DNA from: Takakia lepidozioides
Lineage: Eukaryota; Plantae; Bryophyta
DNA: 64,000 nucleotides
Assembly (NCBI GenBank): GCA_030704615.1
Contig: CM060733.1
Location: 48,732,001-48,796,000, forward strand
Reading direction: 5' to 3'
The position numbers and the translations under genes are program-made. Below, piece by piece: positions 10,169-22,189 of this stretch; the stretch's first letter is position 1; each line of letters begins with the position of its first letter. The notes under the pieces are model-generated. The model had not been told where the DNA came from. It did no database searches and saw only the letters and a program-made list of their open reading frames with translations.

Positions 10169-11877
10169 GTCTTCAATTCCACTAATTACTTTTGTTAATC
10201 ATTCGCATTATATTTGTGCTTGTCATGCTAGTGTTTATACATTAACAGACTTACATAGTTTTCATCTTTTTGGGGTGTCACAACCTTGGTTTTCTCTGGC
10301 TCCCTTAGGAGGCTTGATCTTGGATTCACCGACTGCGGTGTGTGTACCTTATGGTGTACCCGGGGTTTTAATTTTTTCCCCTCAAATAATTTCAAATAAA
10401 ATTCATTCAAGAAATAATAATAATATTAGCAAAATGTTCCCCTCTCCAAACCCATGACTTAGGTGACCCGGAGTGCAACAAACAATAGTATTTTTCCTAC
10501 ATGTAAACAAGCGGATGGTCACCTCTAATGTCTCCTCCTTTGTGAACAATGAGATCTACTTCCGTCCATAATCCCCTACCCAAGGAAAACAACTCACTAA
10601 TTTCTTGGCCCACTCTTCCTAAAGCATGACTATGCAAATGGTTTTGATTCTTACCATTGATTCTTACCACCCATATTCTCAATTAGGTTTTGAATTAGTT
10701 AGTGTGGCTGGGATATTTCATCGATATAGATGGACGAAATATGTGAGCAAGATGTAATTCATTGGATGGTAGACTAAAATGCACAAAGGATAAGAGTTGC
10801 CAGATCATCCAGGCCATTGATTGTTCCATAAAAGTGCTTCCATTTTATCTTTACAACCTAACAGTAGGGCAGGGCTTACATGTATTCCATGCATATAGTC
10901 ATTTCGGACGAGAACAGCCCATACTCCTCCGCCCCGAAGAAATCAACTCACAAATTTATTCATTTTGGACGAAAGACATAGATCTCACTATTCACAAAGA
11001 AGGAGCCGGCCATCAGCCTAATTTTAAGTTGGGGAAGAAAGGATCAAGGCACCGTGTGTAGTCTACTCTCCTCCGTGCAAATAAACTTTAAAATTTGCGT
11101 TGCGTCTGCGGTGCGCCAAAACTGTGCATCACAGTGGGTTGGTTCAATTGCATAAATACTTAAATAAACCCAATCAGAAGGCCTCTTAAGCTAAAATCAA
11201 AGCACCGGTGTTGATTTTCGGTGTTCATATTTCGTAGCCTTGGCAGGTCAACGCCATGTACTTAATATGCTTTTGTTTGTGTTTGTGAACGAACATCGCA
11301 GTGCGGCCAGTCAAGTTGCTGGGGTTCGAAACTGGGACCGGCAAAAGTAAAGTGGCAAATACACAAGCGCTGGCGTGCAAGCAATTGGAGCACTCTGTGC
11401 ACCAATGGGGAGGGCCGCTTATGTCTGCTCCGGTGCCTGTCTGTCGCGTGTGCATTGGTCGAATCCAGTATATCTACGGCGAACATGTGTCGCTTTCTCA
11501 TTCGCTGTGAGACTATGCATGCCTATCAGAGTTTTTCAGCATCTGTTTTATTCATTATTTTCCCTAATTCAGGCTTTTTGTTTTTTTGTTTTTGGGAGGA
11601 AACCGGCTAGGGGGGAAATTCTGACTCCGCCATTCAATGGGGTATTTCTAGGAAATTTATTCTACTCTGAGTGATTAACATAGTATTTATTAGGTCGGGT
11701 TTTATTTTACTTTATTTTGAAAAATGGGTAGATAAATATATCTGAGGTTTGGACGGAGGCGCGACGGAAAGAAGACGAAAAGGCGACGGAAAGAAGTCTG
11801 AGGCGCGACGGAGATGCGAGAACGGAAAGAAGGCGGGGATAGGATGGGCCGGCGAGCCGACGGGCATGGCATCGCAC

Positions 11878-12045
11878 CAGCCACGTGGAGGTGATCGAGG
11901 GAAGACAGCTGCACATAATCTTTATAGGCACCCACACGTGGGCCAATGTTCACTCGCCGCGTTCTGGGACAGGACACGTGCAGCGGGCCGCGCCAGGGAG
12001 GCCCGGAGCAGGCGACGCGTGGGGCGGGCCTGGTGTCACGTCCGC
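11878..12045. promoter_or_regulatory. ABRE/G-box cluster in a GC-rich promoter of the PP2C gene
   Basis: CACGTG at 11882, 11935 and 11975; CE3-like ACGCGTG at 12015; CACGTC at 12037. Lies 700-860 bp upstream of the ATG. Confidence 0.75.
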
Positions 12046-12739
12046 GGCCGCCCCCGCCTCGCACTATTGCTTTCCCTGCCCGCCCGCCGTCTGCCCGCGG
12101 CCAAGGGCGAGCGGGTGCTGCCATTGCCGCGCCGGCAGCTGGCACTGCGCCTGCCCGCTGGCTCGGCCAGGCTCTAGAGGTTCGGGACGGTGCAAGGTTG
12201 CTTGTGGAGGTCTCGGAGGGCTGCCTGCTTTGGCAGCGTTTGATTGTTAAAAGTCCCCTGCTGGTGTGCGGGGAGGGAGGATGCGAGCTGAGAGACGAAG
12301 CAGGAAGGAGAGGGAGAGGATTTCGGGAGCTGGGATTCGAAAGTAGAAGAGAGATGGAGGTCTTGGGAGAGGGAGAGGCATCGCCCGCTTGGGAGGCGGG
12401 CCTATGTCCATGAGCACGTTGAAGCCACCGTAAGGGCTTGGGGCGGTAGAGGAGTGGTGGTTGGGGAGCTTGATCTCGATAGGTATGTAGATGGTAGGGA
12501 GGCCTGTTAGGTGTTTGGTTGTAGGCATGTGCAAGTTTGGATCTGGTGAAGCTTAGGAGGCTGCAAAAGGAGGAGCAGGGACGTAGGGAGGCGCAGGATT
12601 GGGGCAGTGAGTGGGAATGCTGTTGTGGGCTGCGCGTTTTATATAGCTCGACGAGGATGAGGAGCTGTTTCTGCAAGGAGGGGGAAGTGATTATGTGGAA
12701 GGAAAGAGTGTTGTGGTTTACGGTATATTAGAGACGAGG

Positions 12740-15604
12740 ATGGAGGCTATGGTCGGGACAGACACTCGTGTGCGCGCAAGTGGTTTTATTGATGAATCTC
12801 TGACGTCCGAGACGGCGACTGGAGTTACGAGGCGGAGGAGGACCGAAATTCGTCGCTTTAAGGTGATTGCCCACTCTGGTGCCTCACTAGAGCACGTAAG
12901 CAAGAGGTCACGCACTGTGTCTGGCATCTCTTACATTCCCCGGCAAGATAAAGAAGCTACGCTTGCTTTTTGTATCCCGGGTGGGAGCAGTGCCGTACTT
13001 GGTCTGTCTGATAGTGAAGAGAGGAGGCAAGAGAGTAGTGCAAGCAGGCTGCCAGGGTATGGGATCATTCAAGCCAGGCAGTCGAGAAGGGCTGCGTCTT
13101 CACCCTCTTCAGCCCGTGAGAGGCCGATGGGAGGTCAGTCTTGTTTTTCTCGTTAAAAAGCTGAAGTCGTGGTGCTATTGCTGGACTGGATCCCATGCGT
13201 GGCAGTCTGCGGGTATACCGCTTTTGAGGATGCTGAAAGAGTCCTGAGCTAAAAGTGCTGCCTGCAACCTAGTTCTCGGACGGTTGGTTCTCGATAGTCG
13301 GTCAAAGTTAGCAGAGTTTAATTAGATGTTTTCGAGACTAGGTTGAAAAAAATTGTGTCCAAAAATGTGACTGTTGCGGCTTGAACTGTGAAAGTTGCAG
13401 GTAGTGGCAGCAGTAGTGGGGAAGATGACAGTGCAAGCAGCGGAAGTGGGAGCATAAGCAGTGAGAGTAGTGGCAGCATGAACAGTGATAGTACTAGCAG
13501 CAGCCGCTCAAGCGATTACGTCGAGGGGGCGTCCACCATTACTCAGGCCACAGAAGTGGCCCTCAAACCTGTAGGGGCTGTTGGCATTATTGAGGCAGAG
13601 CGCTCAGCCATGATCGACCATGCCGGGGCAGGCACTGCTGAGGTTGTCTCCCCTATTGCTACGGAAACTTACTCTCGGAGTGGGCCCACAGCTGTAGGTC
13701 AGCAGCACCTTGAGCAAGTGGGCAGTCAGCCTGGATTTCCTTCACCAACTCGGCAAGCACTGGCAGATGAGAGGAGTGCAGGTGGAGCCGTCACCGCGGT
13801 GTTGAGCACTCATGGCTCCACCACAGGGAATAGGCAGGTTTCGTCCCATGGCATTGTGTCTTTATGTGGGCGAAGACGGGAGATGGAGGATGCTGTGGCG
13901 GTCATTCCAACGTTCATGACACTCCCTTGTGATGTGGTTGGAGGTTGTAACTGTGTTGGCCCAAGAGAGGCTGATGTGACCGCTGCACTTAACTTTTACG
14001 GTGTCTATGATGGACATGGGGGGGCGCAGGTCTGTGTATTAAGCTGTAGATGTGTTGTGATTTACTGGATAGGGACCTTGTTTATTGTTTCCAGCTGTCA
14101 TATGTAGATTTTTTTTCACTTGGAATCTTTCGGATATTGTATCTGAAGAAGATGGTTTACGTCTCTCGGCTTGTTTTGTCTGTAATCGCGCTCTCAAGGC
14201 TTCCAGCAAGCAGCCCGTTAGAGATGTGAAATCAGCGCGTTTAACTGAAGGATAGGGAAGGACGATGACCGTCTCTCTTGATCGCGTGCTGCTGCGAGCG
14301 TGACCCAGTCGTAGCCTCAGCGTCGATCCAGTCCACCGTGACATCTGCATACGGACAAAGAGAGGAACGAAAAAGTACTCCAAATTGGAGGATAGGTAGG
14401 ATAGGGAGGCGATGGTCAACTTGTTCAGAATCCGGTTGCGCCCTTAGATTTGGCAAGACAAGCTTGTTTCAGTGCATGCTAGGTGTGAGTTCTGAAAGTC
14501 CTTTCCGTGTGCAGGCTGCAAACTTCTGTGCAGATCGATTGCATCATGTCCTGGCAGAGGAGGTGAATACATCAATCCAGGAGGCAGCCAGTAGCAGCAA
14601 TTCAGGAGCTTATGCAAGCAACTGGCGAGCACCGTGGCAGAAAGCAATGTCGTCATGCTTTTTGAGGATGGATGCTGAAGTTGCAGGAGTTAGTTGGAGA
14701 GAGAGCCAGCAGGAAGGAAATCTCAGGTCCTCTTCTGAGGCAATCGCACCAGAGACAGTGGGCTCCACTGCTGTTGTGGCAGTTGTTGGATCATGTCAGA
14801 TAATCGTGGCTAATTGTGGAGATTCTCGGGCTGTTCTCTCTCGAGCTGGCCAAGCAGTTCCTCTTTCTATAGACCACAAGGTGAGGGGGAAGCTTTCTTG
14901 CAGTATGACCTTGTGCTTTGGATTCATCATTAGAGGCAATCAGAACTGAGGACACAGTGCTGCAGTTGTATACTGAGCAAGCTGGTTGTTGTTGTGGATA
15001 ACAGCCTGAGCGAGAAGATGAGATGGCCCGGGTGGAAGCTGCAGGGGGTCGGGTCATCTACTGGAATGGTTATCGAGTGCTTGGTGTGCTTGCTATGTCG
15101 AGGGCTATCGGTAAAGCTTCTATTGCACTTTTGGAAGGGGGTGTCTCTGAAAAGCTGTATGTTGTTTCCATCAGGGGTCTATTTAATTTCCACAGTGCGG
15201 ATGGAAAGAAAAAGGTGCATTTAGGATGGTTTTGAAAAGGGTTTGCATTATTGCTCATGTCAAATGCGTGGCTATCTGCAGGTGATCGGTACTTAAAGCC
15301 GTATGTCATTGCTGAGCCGGAAGTAACATATACAGCACGCACCGAAGATGATGAATGCTTAGTCTTAGCCAGTGATGGTCTATGGGATGTTATGACAAAT
15401 GACCTTGTCTGTGAGATTGCTCGGCGCAGCCTTGCTTGTCGGCGGAGCAGTAGTCAATCTCATGATGCTGCTAACACCAGTTCAGCAGAGGAGTCACCTG
15501 CCGCCGCAACTGCAGCTCTCTTGACAAAGCTCGCACTGGCAAAGGGTAGTAGTGACAATATTAGCGTTGTCGTGGTAGACTTGAAGGCTTGCAACAACAG
15601 ATAG
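12740..15604 (+). CDS. Clade A protein phosphatase 2C (ABI1/HAB/HAI-like ABA co-receptor). Exons 12740-13133, 13401-14029, 14515-14880, 15005-15110, 15282-15604
   Basis: N-terminal [11 protein letters not shown]; [59 protein letters not shown] (receptor-locking Trp), [21 protein letters not shown]. All GT-AG junctions are phase-compatible. Confidence 0.95.
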
Positions 15605-17035
15605 CATTCAGCCTGGCGGGGTCAAAATTTATGGCAGCATTTGTCGGGTGTTCCATCTCTATATTTATGGTGCTCAATTTGTTTGAAAAAAATTCAACTG
15701 GTGTACCATTTGGTTCTCACCCAGACAATGTGCGCTTGTACGGAAAAAGTATTGTCGACTCGATGCTGCAAGTGACTGCAATCCCATTCTTTTTACAGGA
15801 AATGTGGCTGAGAAAAATGAGAAACTTGGAGAAATCTAGAGCGAAAGTAGTCGCCAATACTTCACTGGAAGCTACCATGGGCAGATCAAGGGATGTCTTC
15901 GTTGGGCGGAGGGAAGGAGGTGGGGTTGGAAGTGAAAGAGTATATTCAAAACCAACCTTGGCTCAATTAGCTGCTTCCTTTTCATTTTGCAGGGAATCAT
16001 TGCTAGAGAGGAGGGAATGGGGTTGAGTGTCAATGTAGTTTTAGGAAGTTTGGCGATCAAGAGAATGAAGGGAATATTCGGTATTCTAACTGGGATGCTG
16101 TCCTTAACCTTCACACCCCGGCCTTTCCAAGGAGTCTAGATAGAAATCTCAAGGGTGGTGGGTATGTTATATACCTGTACCTTGTTGGATGTTAACATTT
16201 TCATTGGAGTATGGCAGTTGGGTCCTTTCCAATGGATGGACCTTGTTACTCGAAGCTGCATTTGTCTTGTCAACTACCAAGCACATGGTGGTGGGGAAGT
16301 GAAGGCATTCCTCTGTAAATAGTGGCAATCTCAGTTTATGATATCATCTCAGAAAAGTACTTTCAAATGCTGATATGATGTTTTTTATTATTTTGGTGGA
16401 AGAAAGTGCAGATTTCACTGATGACAGGGCAGAAAATAAATGCCAACATGGGGCGTATGGTGTCTTGGTTTTCTTTTTAAGCTCGAATACGCCGTTCTTA
16501 ATGTGAGGGGTGTGATGAAAATGTGTTCAACCACCCAGACATGGCAAACACCCTCAACCACCCAGACACAAAAATGATTTTATGCAGAAAATTTCACTGC
16601 TTAGTTCTTGAGGCTACACCCCATTCATGAGCATGCAGAAATAATTTTTGTAGTACCCTCAATGGCATCTTTGAGTCTGACCAAGAGTTTTTCACTGAGT
16701 GTAGGTTTTTTTCCCAAGCCTTTCTCCAACATATTCCTTTTCTGTGGTGCATGTCACCTGCACTCCAAATTTCAACGGCATGTGCTAATATTAACTGAGG
16801 TATTATTTATGGGTGTAAAAATTCTTTCATTGTAAAGCTTCGCCGAATCGACATGTCACTCCCTACCAACCCGCCCAGTACCAGAAAGTTTTTTTCTTTT
16901 TTCTTTTTTCCCCTTTTTTTTTACTGAAAGGGGATGGTAGTCCTGTTGCTCGAAAAGAAAGTTTTGCAAGTTAAGCTGGTGAAAGTATAATATGTGTTCT
17001 GGGATTTTATACATATCTCTTCAGTTTGATGAAAT

Positions 17036-17344
17036 CAATAGCGTGTGACAGTTAGAATGTTATGATGACATTGAAAGTAGAGAGAGAGAAGAAGACTCGA
17101 GAGTACCTACTACCAAAGTCTGTGGCAGTTATGATGTCACTGCATCCTATGCAATGCCTTTGAAACCTTCTAATGACCGTCACTAGACTCCAATGGCGTG
17201 TGACAGTTAGAATGTTATGATGACATTGAAAGTAGAGAGAAAAAGAAGACTCGAGACTACCTACTACCAAAGTCTGTGGCAGTTATGATGTCACTGCATC
17301 CTATGCAATGCCTTTGAAACCTTCTACTGACTGTCACTGGACTC
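17036..17344. repeat. Tandem duplication, 155-bp unit, 2 copies
   Basis: GCGTGTGACAGTTAGAATGTTATGATGAC... starts at 17041 and 17196 with few mismatches. Confidence 0.92.
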
Positions 17345-17447
17345 GCAGCAGCGCAGATATGATGTCACACTTCATCCCAAAATGCCTTCCTTAGACCTTC
17401 TAACGGCCCTAACTGCAGCAGAAGTGCGGTTGTCCAAACATCCAAAC

Positions 17448-18198
17448 CAGTGTTGGCCAGGTATGGCATCTGGACATGCATACCCCGTGGTTATTTGCCG
17501 GTTATGCACATATGCATACCCGGAAAGTGCAGCCCCAGGAGGAACTGGCTATGGAAGAGAACCGGCAAAAGCCATCGAGCTTCCTAACCGGCTAGAGAAC
17601 CAGCATTGTGATTATAAGGATGTTATACCCGGGGCAAATCCGGAGCAAATGGGGATGGCGTAGAGGCGGTTCTAGATAATATAGGTATAGGGGTTGGTGA
17701 TGGTAGGGTGATGGTAGTTAAGATTAGGTGCACAACATTGACTATGCCCAAGTAAATAGGAAATTAATTAGTTGGGCATTTGGCTAAACAATAGTTATAA
17801 ACTTGGTGTATTACAAGGGGCCGCCGGAAGGCAATAGATAGATGATAGGGGTTTAACGTTTGAACCCGAGACCCACAAGCCAATCCACGAGTGGCTTACC
17901 ACCATGCCACAGCCCTCTTGTGTACTTTCACACACATACACAAAAATGCTAGAGAAAGTAAAAATATAAAATGGATGAATCCCGTAACCGGTACCATGGA
18001 ACCGGCAATTTTTAAGATGGCATAACCGGTAGATTGAGAACCGGACAAGAAAAAATTCATGTGTTTAATGAGAACTTGTAACCGATATGTTTTTCAAACC
18101 TATTGATATACCCTACCCCGGCCATCCATTTTTTTCAAGGAGTAGGCCATAACCGGGACCGGAAGAGGGCTCAAAACATGGTACCCGAGCCAACACTG
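17448..18198. mobile_element. Non-autonomous hAT-type DNA transposon (MITE-like)
   Basis: TIR CAGTGTTGGC / GCCAACACTG. 8-bp TSD ATCCAAAC (17440-17447) versus GTCCAAAC (18199-18206). Repeated subterminal AACCGG motifs; no ORF. Confidence 0.82.
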
Positions 18199-19173
18199 GT
18201 CCAAACCTCCCCCCAAGACTCAAAAGTAAAAAGGACAACCTTCCCCCAAGACTCGGAAGTAAAAGATACCCAAACATATTTGGTTGACGGGGGACCCTTT
18301 CTATAGCTTGGTTGGCTATAATGAGTGCTATGTCCAACATACATCTATTTGGTTTTAAACCCCTGACCACTTGTAAGATGGCATTGTGCCCCAACCACTC
18401 GGCCGTATGTCGGATGCTAACATTGTAAGTATCATATGTTTTGTAAGTGCCACATCATCCCCTAAAATCTTCTATTATTTCACTACCCTCAATCAATCCT
18501 AGTACAAACACTCTATTGCTAGTTCCTACTACACAAACAGGCCAAAGAGAGAGATGACTCGGGCCGTGGCGGGCGTAATTAAGAGCCACTACTACACAAA
18601 CAACTCACAAAGTGGTGCCCCAGCTGGCTATGGGTTGTACTATGCTTATACCAACCAGGGCATGCTACCACTAGACCCCCTTACCATCATGTGTACTAAT
18701 TCATGACCATATTGGAAGAAGTAAATGGTCTCAAAGACTTCCAACCACTTTAACGACCAATTACCTTACATCTCTTTCCTTCCTCAAAAACCACAATCTT
18801 TACATGACTGCAACCACCGAAATAGATTCCATGGGCTGCTTTACGCGCACATAGACACTTTTTAAATAGTGTGCTCCATATAGGTGTTTTGGGTAATGAG
18901 ACTCTAAACTCTCCCCCATGTCGACCCAATGGAGGATCCTATACATATTGCATATACGTACCCATTTTCAATTGCTTCTCCTCCCACATCATACCGATAT
19001 AAGACCTATGTCCCATCCACAACCTAAACACCAAAGCCCAAACCAAGTAACAACTTCATTTGTGCACACAAAGACACACATCCAGAAATGGGCCGCCAAT
19101 CTACATATTAGACCATAAATTCTCCAATTTCGATTGGAACACCAAAGCCGCCATTGATGCACAAACTAGACAA

Positions 19174-20975
19174 TGTTGGAAAAGCATAAAGAGAAGTACA
19201 AATGACAGAGAAAGGTTGCCCCCTAACAGTACAGTAGAAGAATAGTTGCTACATTGCTACTGCATCGCGTCTAGAAGCTCTCTAGCACTATACGGCTAGT
19301 CTGAGAAGAAAGATCAACTACTCGTCGAAGTCAAGAACCAAGAACTCATTTTAAACCATGCAGAGAAGATGAGCGGGAACCCAAGGTGCCACGTGGTTGC
19401 ATGTCTAGTAGTTTCAGTGAACGAACTGATTAATCATTACGGTACTCAAATGATCCGACACTCCCACTCGTTAACTGAAACATATAAACAAGGAGTCAAA
19501 GAAATTCCTAGTAAATCTCCCACTGCTTGGTGAAATACTATACAACAGCTCTGCTCCCACTGAATTTCGTGATCACGCATCTTGGTTGAGAGATGCCTTA
19601 GAGACCATGCCCATCATCTTGCGAAGTAGACAAAATTTCTCTTTGGAAATTGCCTTGGTCATGATGTCAGCTACTTGCTCATTAGTATGCACATATGAAA
19701 TGGTGATGTCATTGTTGCGATACTTCTCTCGTATGAAATGATATTGGATATCAACGTGTTTTGTCCTCTTCCCACGTTCAAGGTTTTTGACAAGCTTGAT
19801 GGCACTCTGGTTGTCCCCGCACAATACTGTCGGCTTCAACTGTGAAAAGCCAATGTTCAGGAAAAATTGACAAAGCCATATTGCCTGCCTGGTAGCCCCA
19901 CAAGCAGCAATATACTCTGCTTCAGTAGTCGATATTGTTGTGCATTTCTGGTTGAGACTACTCCACGCAATCATGGATGGTCCAAGGAAGAAAACAAAAC
20001 CAGTTCGAGAGAACCGGTTATCTGGATCCCCTGCATAATCTGCATCACAGTACCCCACGAGGATGGTGGAATCACTTTTTCCTCCATAAAGCAAACCATA
20101 ATCAGTGGTACCTGTCAAATACCTAAATATCCGCTTGACAATAGTCCAGTGAATTTTCTTGGGCTTGTTGGAATACTTCGTTGTATTGTTGACTGCATAA
20201 GTGATGTCAGGTCTTGTCAACATGGATGCATACATCAGACACCCAATCGCCTCTTTATATGGCACTTGAAGATCTTCTTCATCATAGTCATCTGCGTAGA
20301 GATTGAGTTGAACATGTGGATCTGCGCGAGTACTGACCGAGTTAGAGTCATGCATATTGAACCTCTTGATTATCTCTTCCACATATCTCAGTTGGGACAG
20401 AAGAATCTGACGAGCTCCTCTATATCTATGGATCTCCCATCCCACATAGTATCCCACGTCTCCTTCAACAACTTGGAAAAATTGTCTCAAGTATGCAAGT
20501 ATGTCCTTTAGCTTTTGACGGTCTGCCGAGCACAAGATTCCATCGTCCACCCAAATTCCAAGAATGGTTTCCACAAACCCGCTGCTGTTCACTGCTGTAT
20601 ACACACACGGATCTGCGGTGCTTGGGATAAGATTGTATTTCACCAAGAATCCATGGAATTTCTGATTCTATTGTTTGGCAGACTACCGTAATCCATATAG
20701 AATCTTCTTTAGCAGACAAACGCATTGTTTCTTTCCTTCATTGATGAATCCTTCCGGCTGCTGCATGAAGATTTCTTCCAGGAGGTCCCCATTCCATAAC
20801 GTCGTTTTAACGTCAAACTGCTCCATCTGATTCTTGCCTACTGCGAAAACCCTTTGGCTACAAGCCTGTATCTTTCAACAAATCCATCCAACTTGTATTT
20901 TAGCTTATAAACCCATTTATTCTTCGCAGCCTGTCGTCCTCGAGGTAATGGCTATAGCTCTCACGTCTTATTGCA
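19174..20975 (-). mobile_element. Truncated Ty1/Copia retrotransposon: RT-RNase H, PPT and 3' LTR (about 19174-19460)
   Basis: ORF 19573..20646 (ADPCVY, IWVDDG, TRPDI, GYCDADYAGD, STTEAEYIA, DNQSAI, KHVDIQYHFIRE, QVADIMTK). Minus-strand GAGTGGGAG precedes TGTCGGA at 19460; TGTTGGA at 19174. Confidence 0.9.
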
Positions 20976-22189
20976 AATTAGAGAATCAATCTCTTCCTGC
21001 ATAGCTTTCCTCCACGCTTCTCACTACAACAGATTGTGGCTTTCATGACTGCCATCTGTGCCCTGTCACGGCAGATTTGTGGCAGAATGCCATTTGCAGT
21101 CGTAAATGCCTTTGAAGTCATAACGCAGATCACGACAAAGTCGTATATGCGACTATATGACTCCGGACTTTGCGCAACATAGGTCAAACATGTTTGACCA
21201 CGAATATTGGCATGGCAGATATGACTACCAGTCGCGGTCATGGCTATACTGGAATGACGTGTGCATATTGCTAGACGGACATATGACTTCATGACTCTCA
21301 CTCTAATGCATTCCGCCAGATCATCACATGGATGAATCACTACATGATTGCACGTGTCGACACATGATTTTCTGGTTATATATATAATATACGAGTATTT
21401 ATATTTTGAAAAAACGGAGACTCTGGCCACTAGAATGAATTTAAAAAATAAACAAAAAAATGGAATCAAAATGTAAAAGATTAAAAAAAAACACATCGGC
21501 TGGTAAGTGCACAGTGTGTCGCCCTGGTGGTTCGGGGTTCAAACCCGCTGCCCTACCCCTTGTGTGGGATTGATCGTGACGGTATGTCTGGGCGTTGATC
21601 GTCCTGTAGGTCTCATGTCCCATAAATGAAAGGGGGTTAATTTTCCCCCTCTTCAAGGGCCTGAGGTTCATTTTTTTTTTTAAAACAAAAATCAAAAAGT
21701 TGCTTATAGGGTTTGCATAAAGGTTAAAAAACTTAAAAAGTTGCCCATCACGGTAGCCGTGAACAGACTTAGAGGGAGGGAGGGAGGGAGGGAGGGAGGG
21801 AGAGAGAGAGGGCTGGGTCTTAGAGCGAGCAAGCGGGAGGGAGGGCAAACATGCATGGGAGGCCCGTAGTTGGAGCAACCTTCGCATCTGAAGCAAGCAA
21901 CCCTAGAAACGCTAGGGTATGTGTGCAAGGAGGTTGCGGCTGGGAGCTCGCCGTTCTTGGGAGAGTCAGCTTGGTCTTAGCAGGCCGTGTTTCAATCTCT
22001 ACCCGCTCAGCTGCACCATGGTGGTTCTCACCGACTTATCCCACATTACCTGACTACAGACACAAATAGCACACACAAGAGGTCCTCTTGGGTTCATGGT
22101 CAGTCAAATCCTCCATGGGTCATGACACAAGGTCGAGGTCTCTGAAATGATGAACGCCAGAATGTAACCTCCGAAGACATCCCTCCGGC

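Noticed and set aside
11702-12676. 324-aa minus-strand ORF and overlapping GC-rich ORFs
   Set aside because: Low-complexity Pro/Arg/Ser translation of the GC-rich PP2C promoter and 5' UTR; no domain.
17036-17344. CRISPR-like array (also considered for 26545-26915)
   Set aside because: Whole-unit tandem duplications without unique spacers, in a eukaryotic context with no cas genes.
19867-20511. 214-aa plus-strand ORF
   Set aside because: Antisense shadow of the Copia RT/RNase H frame.
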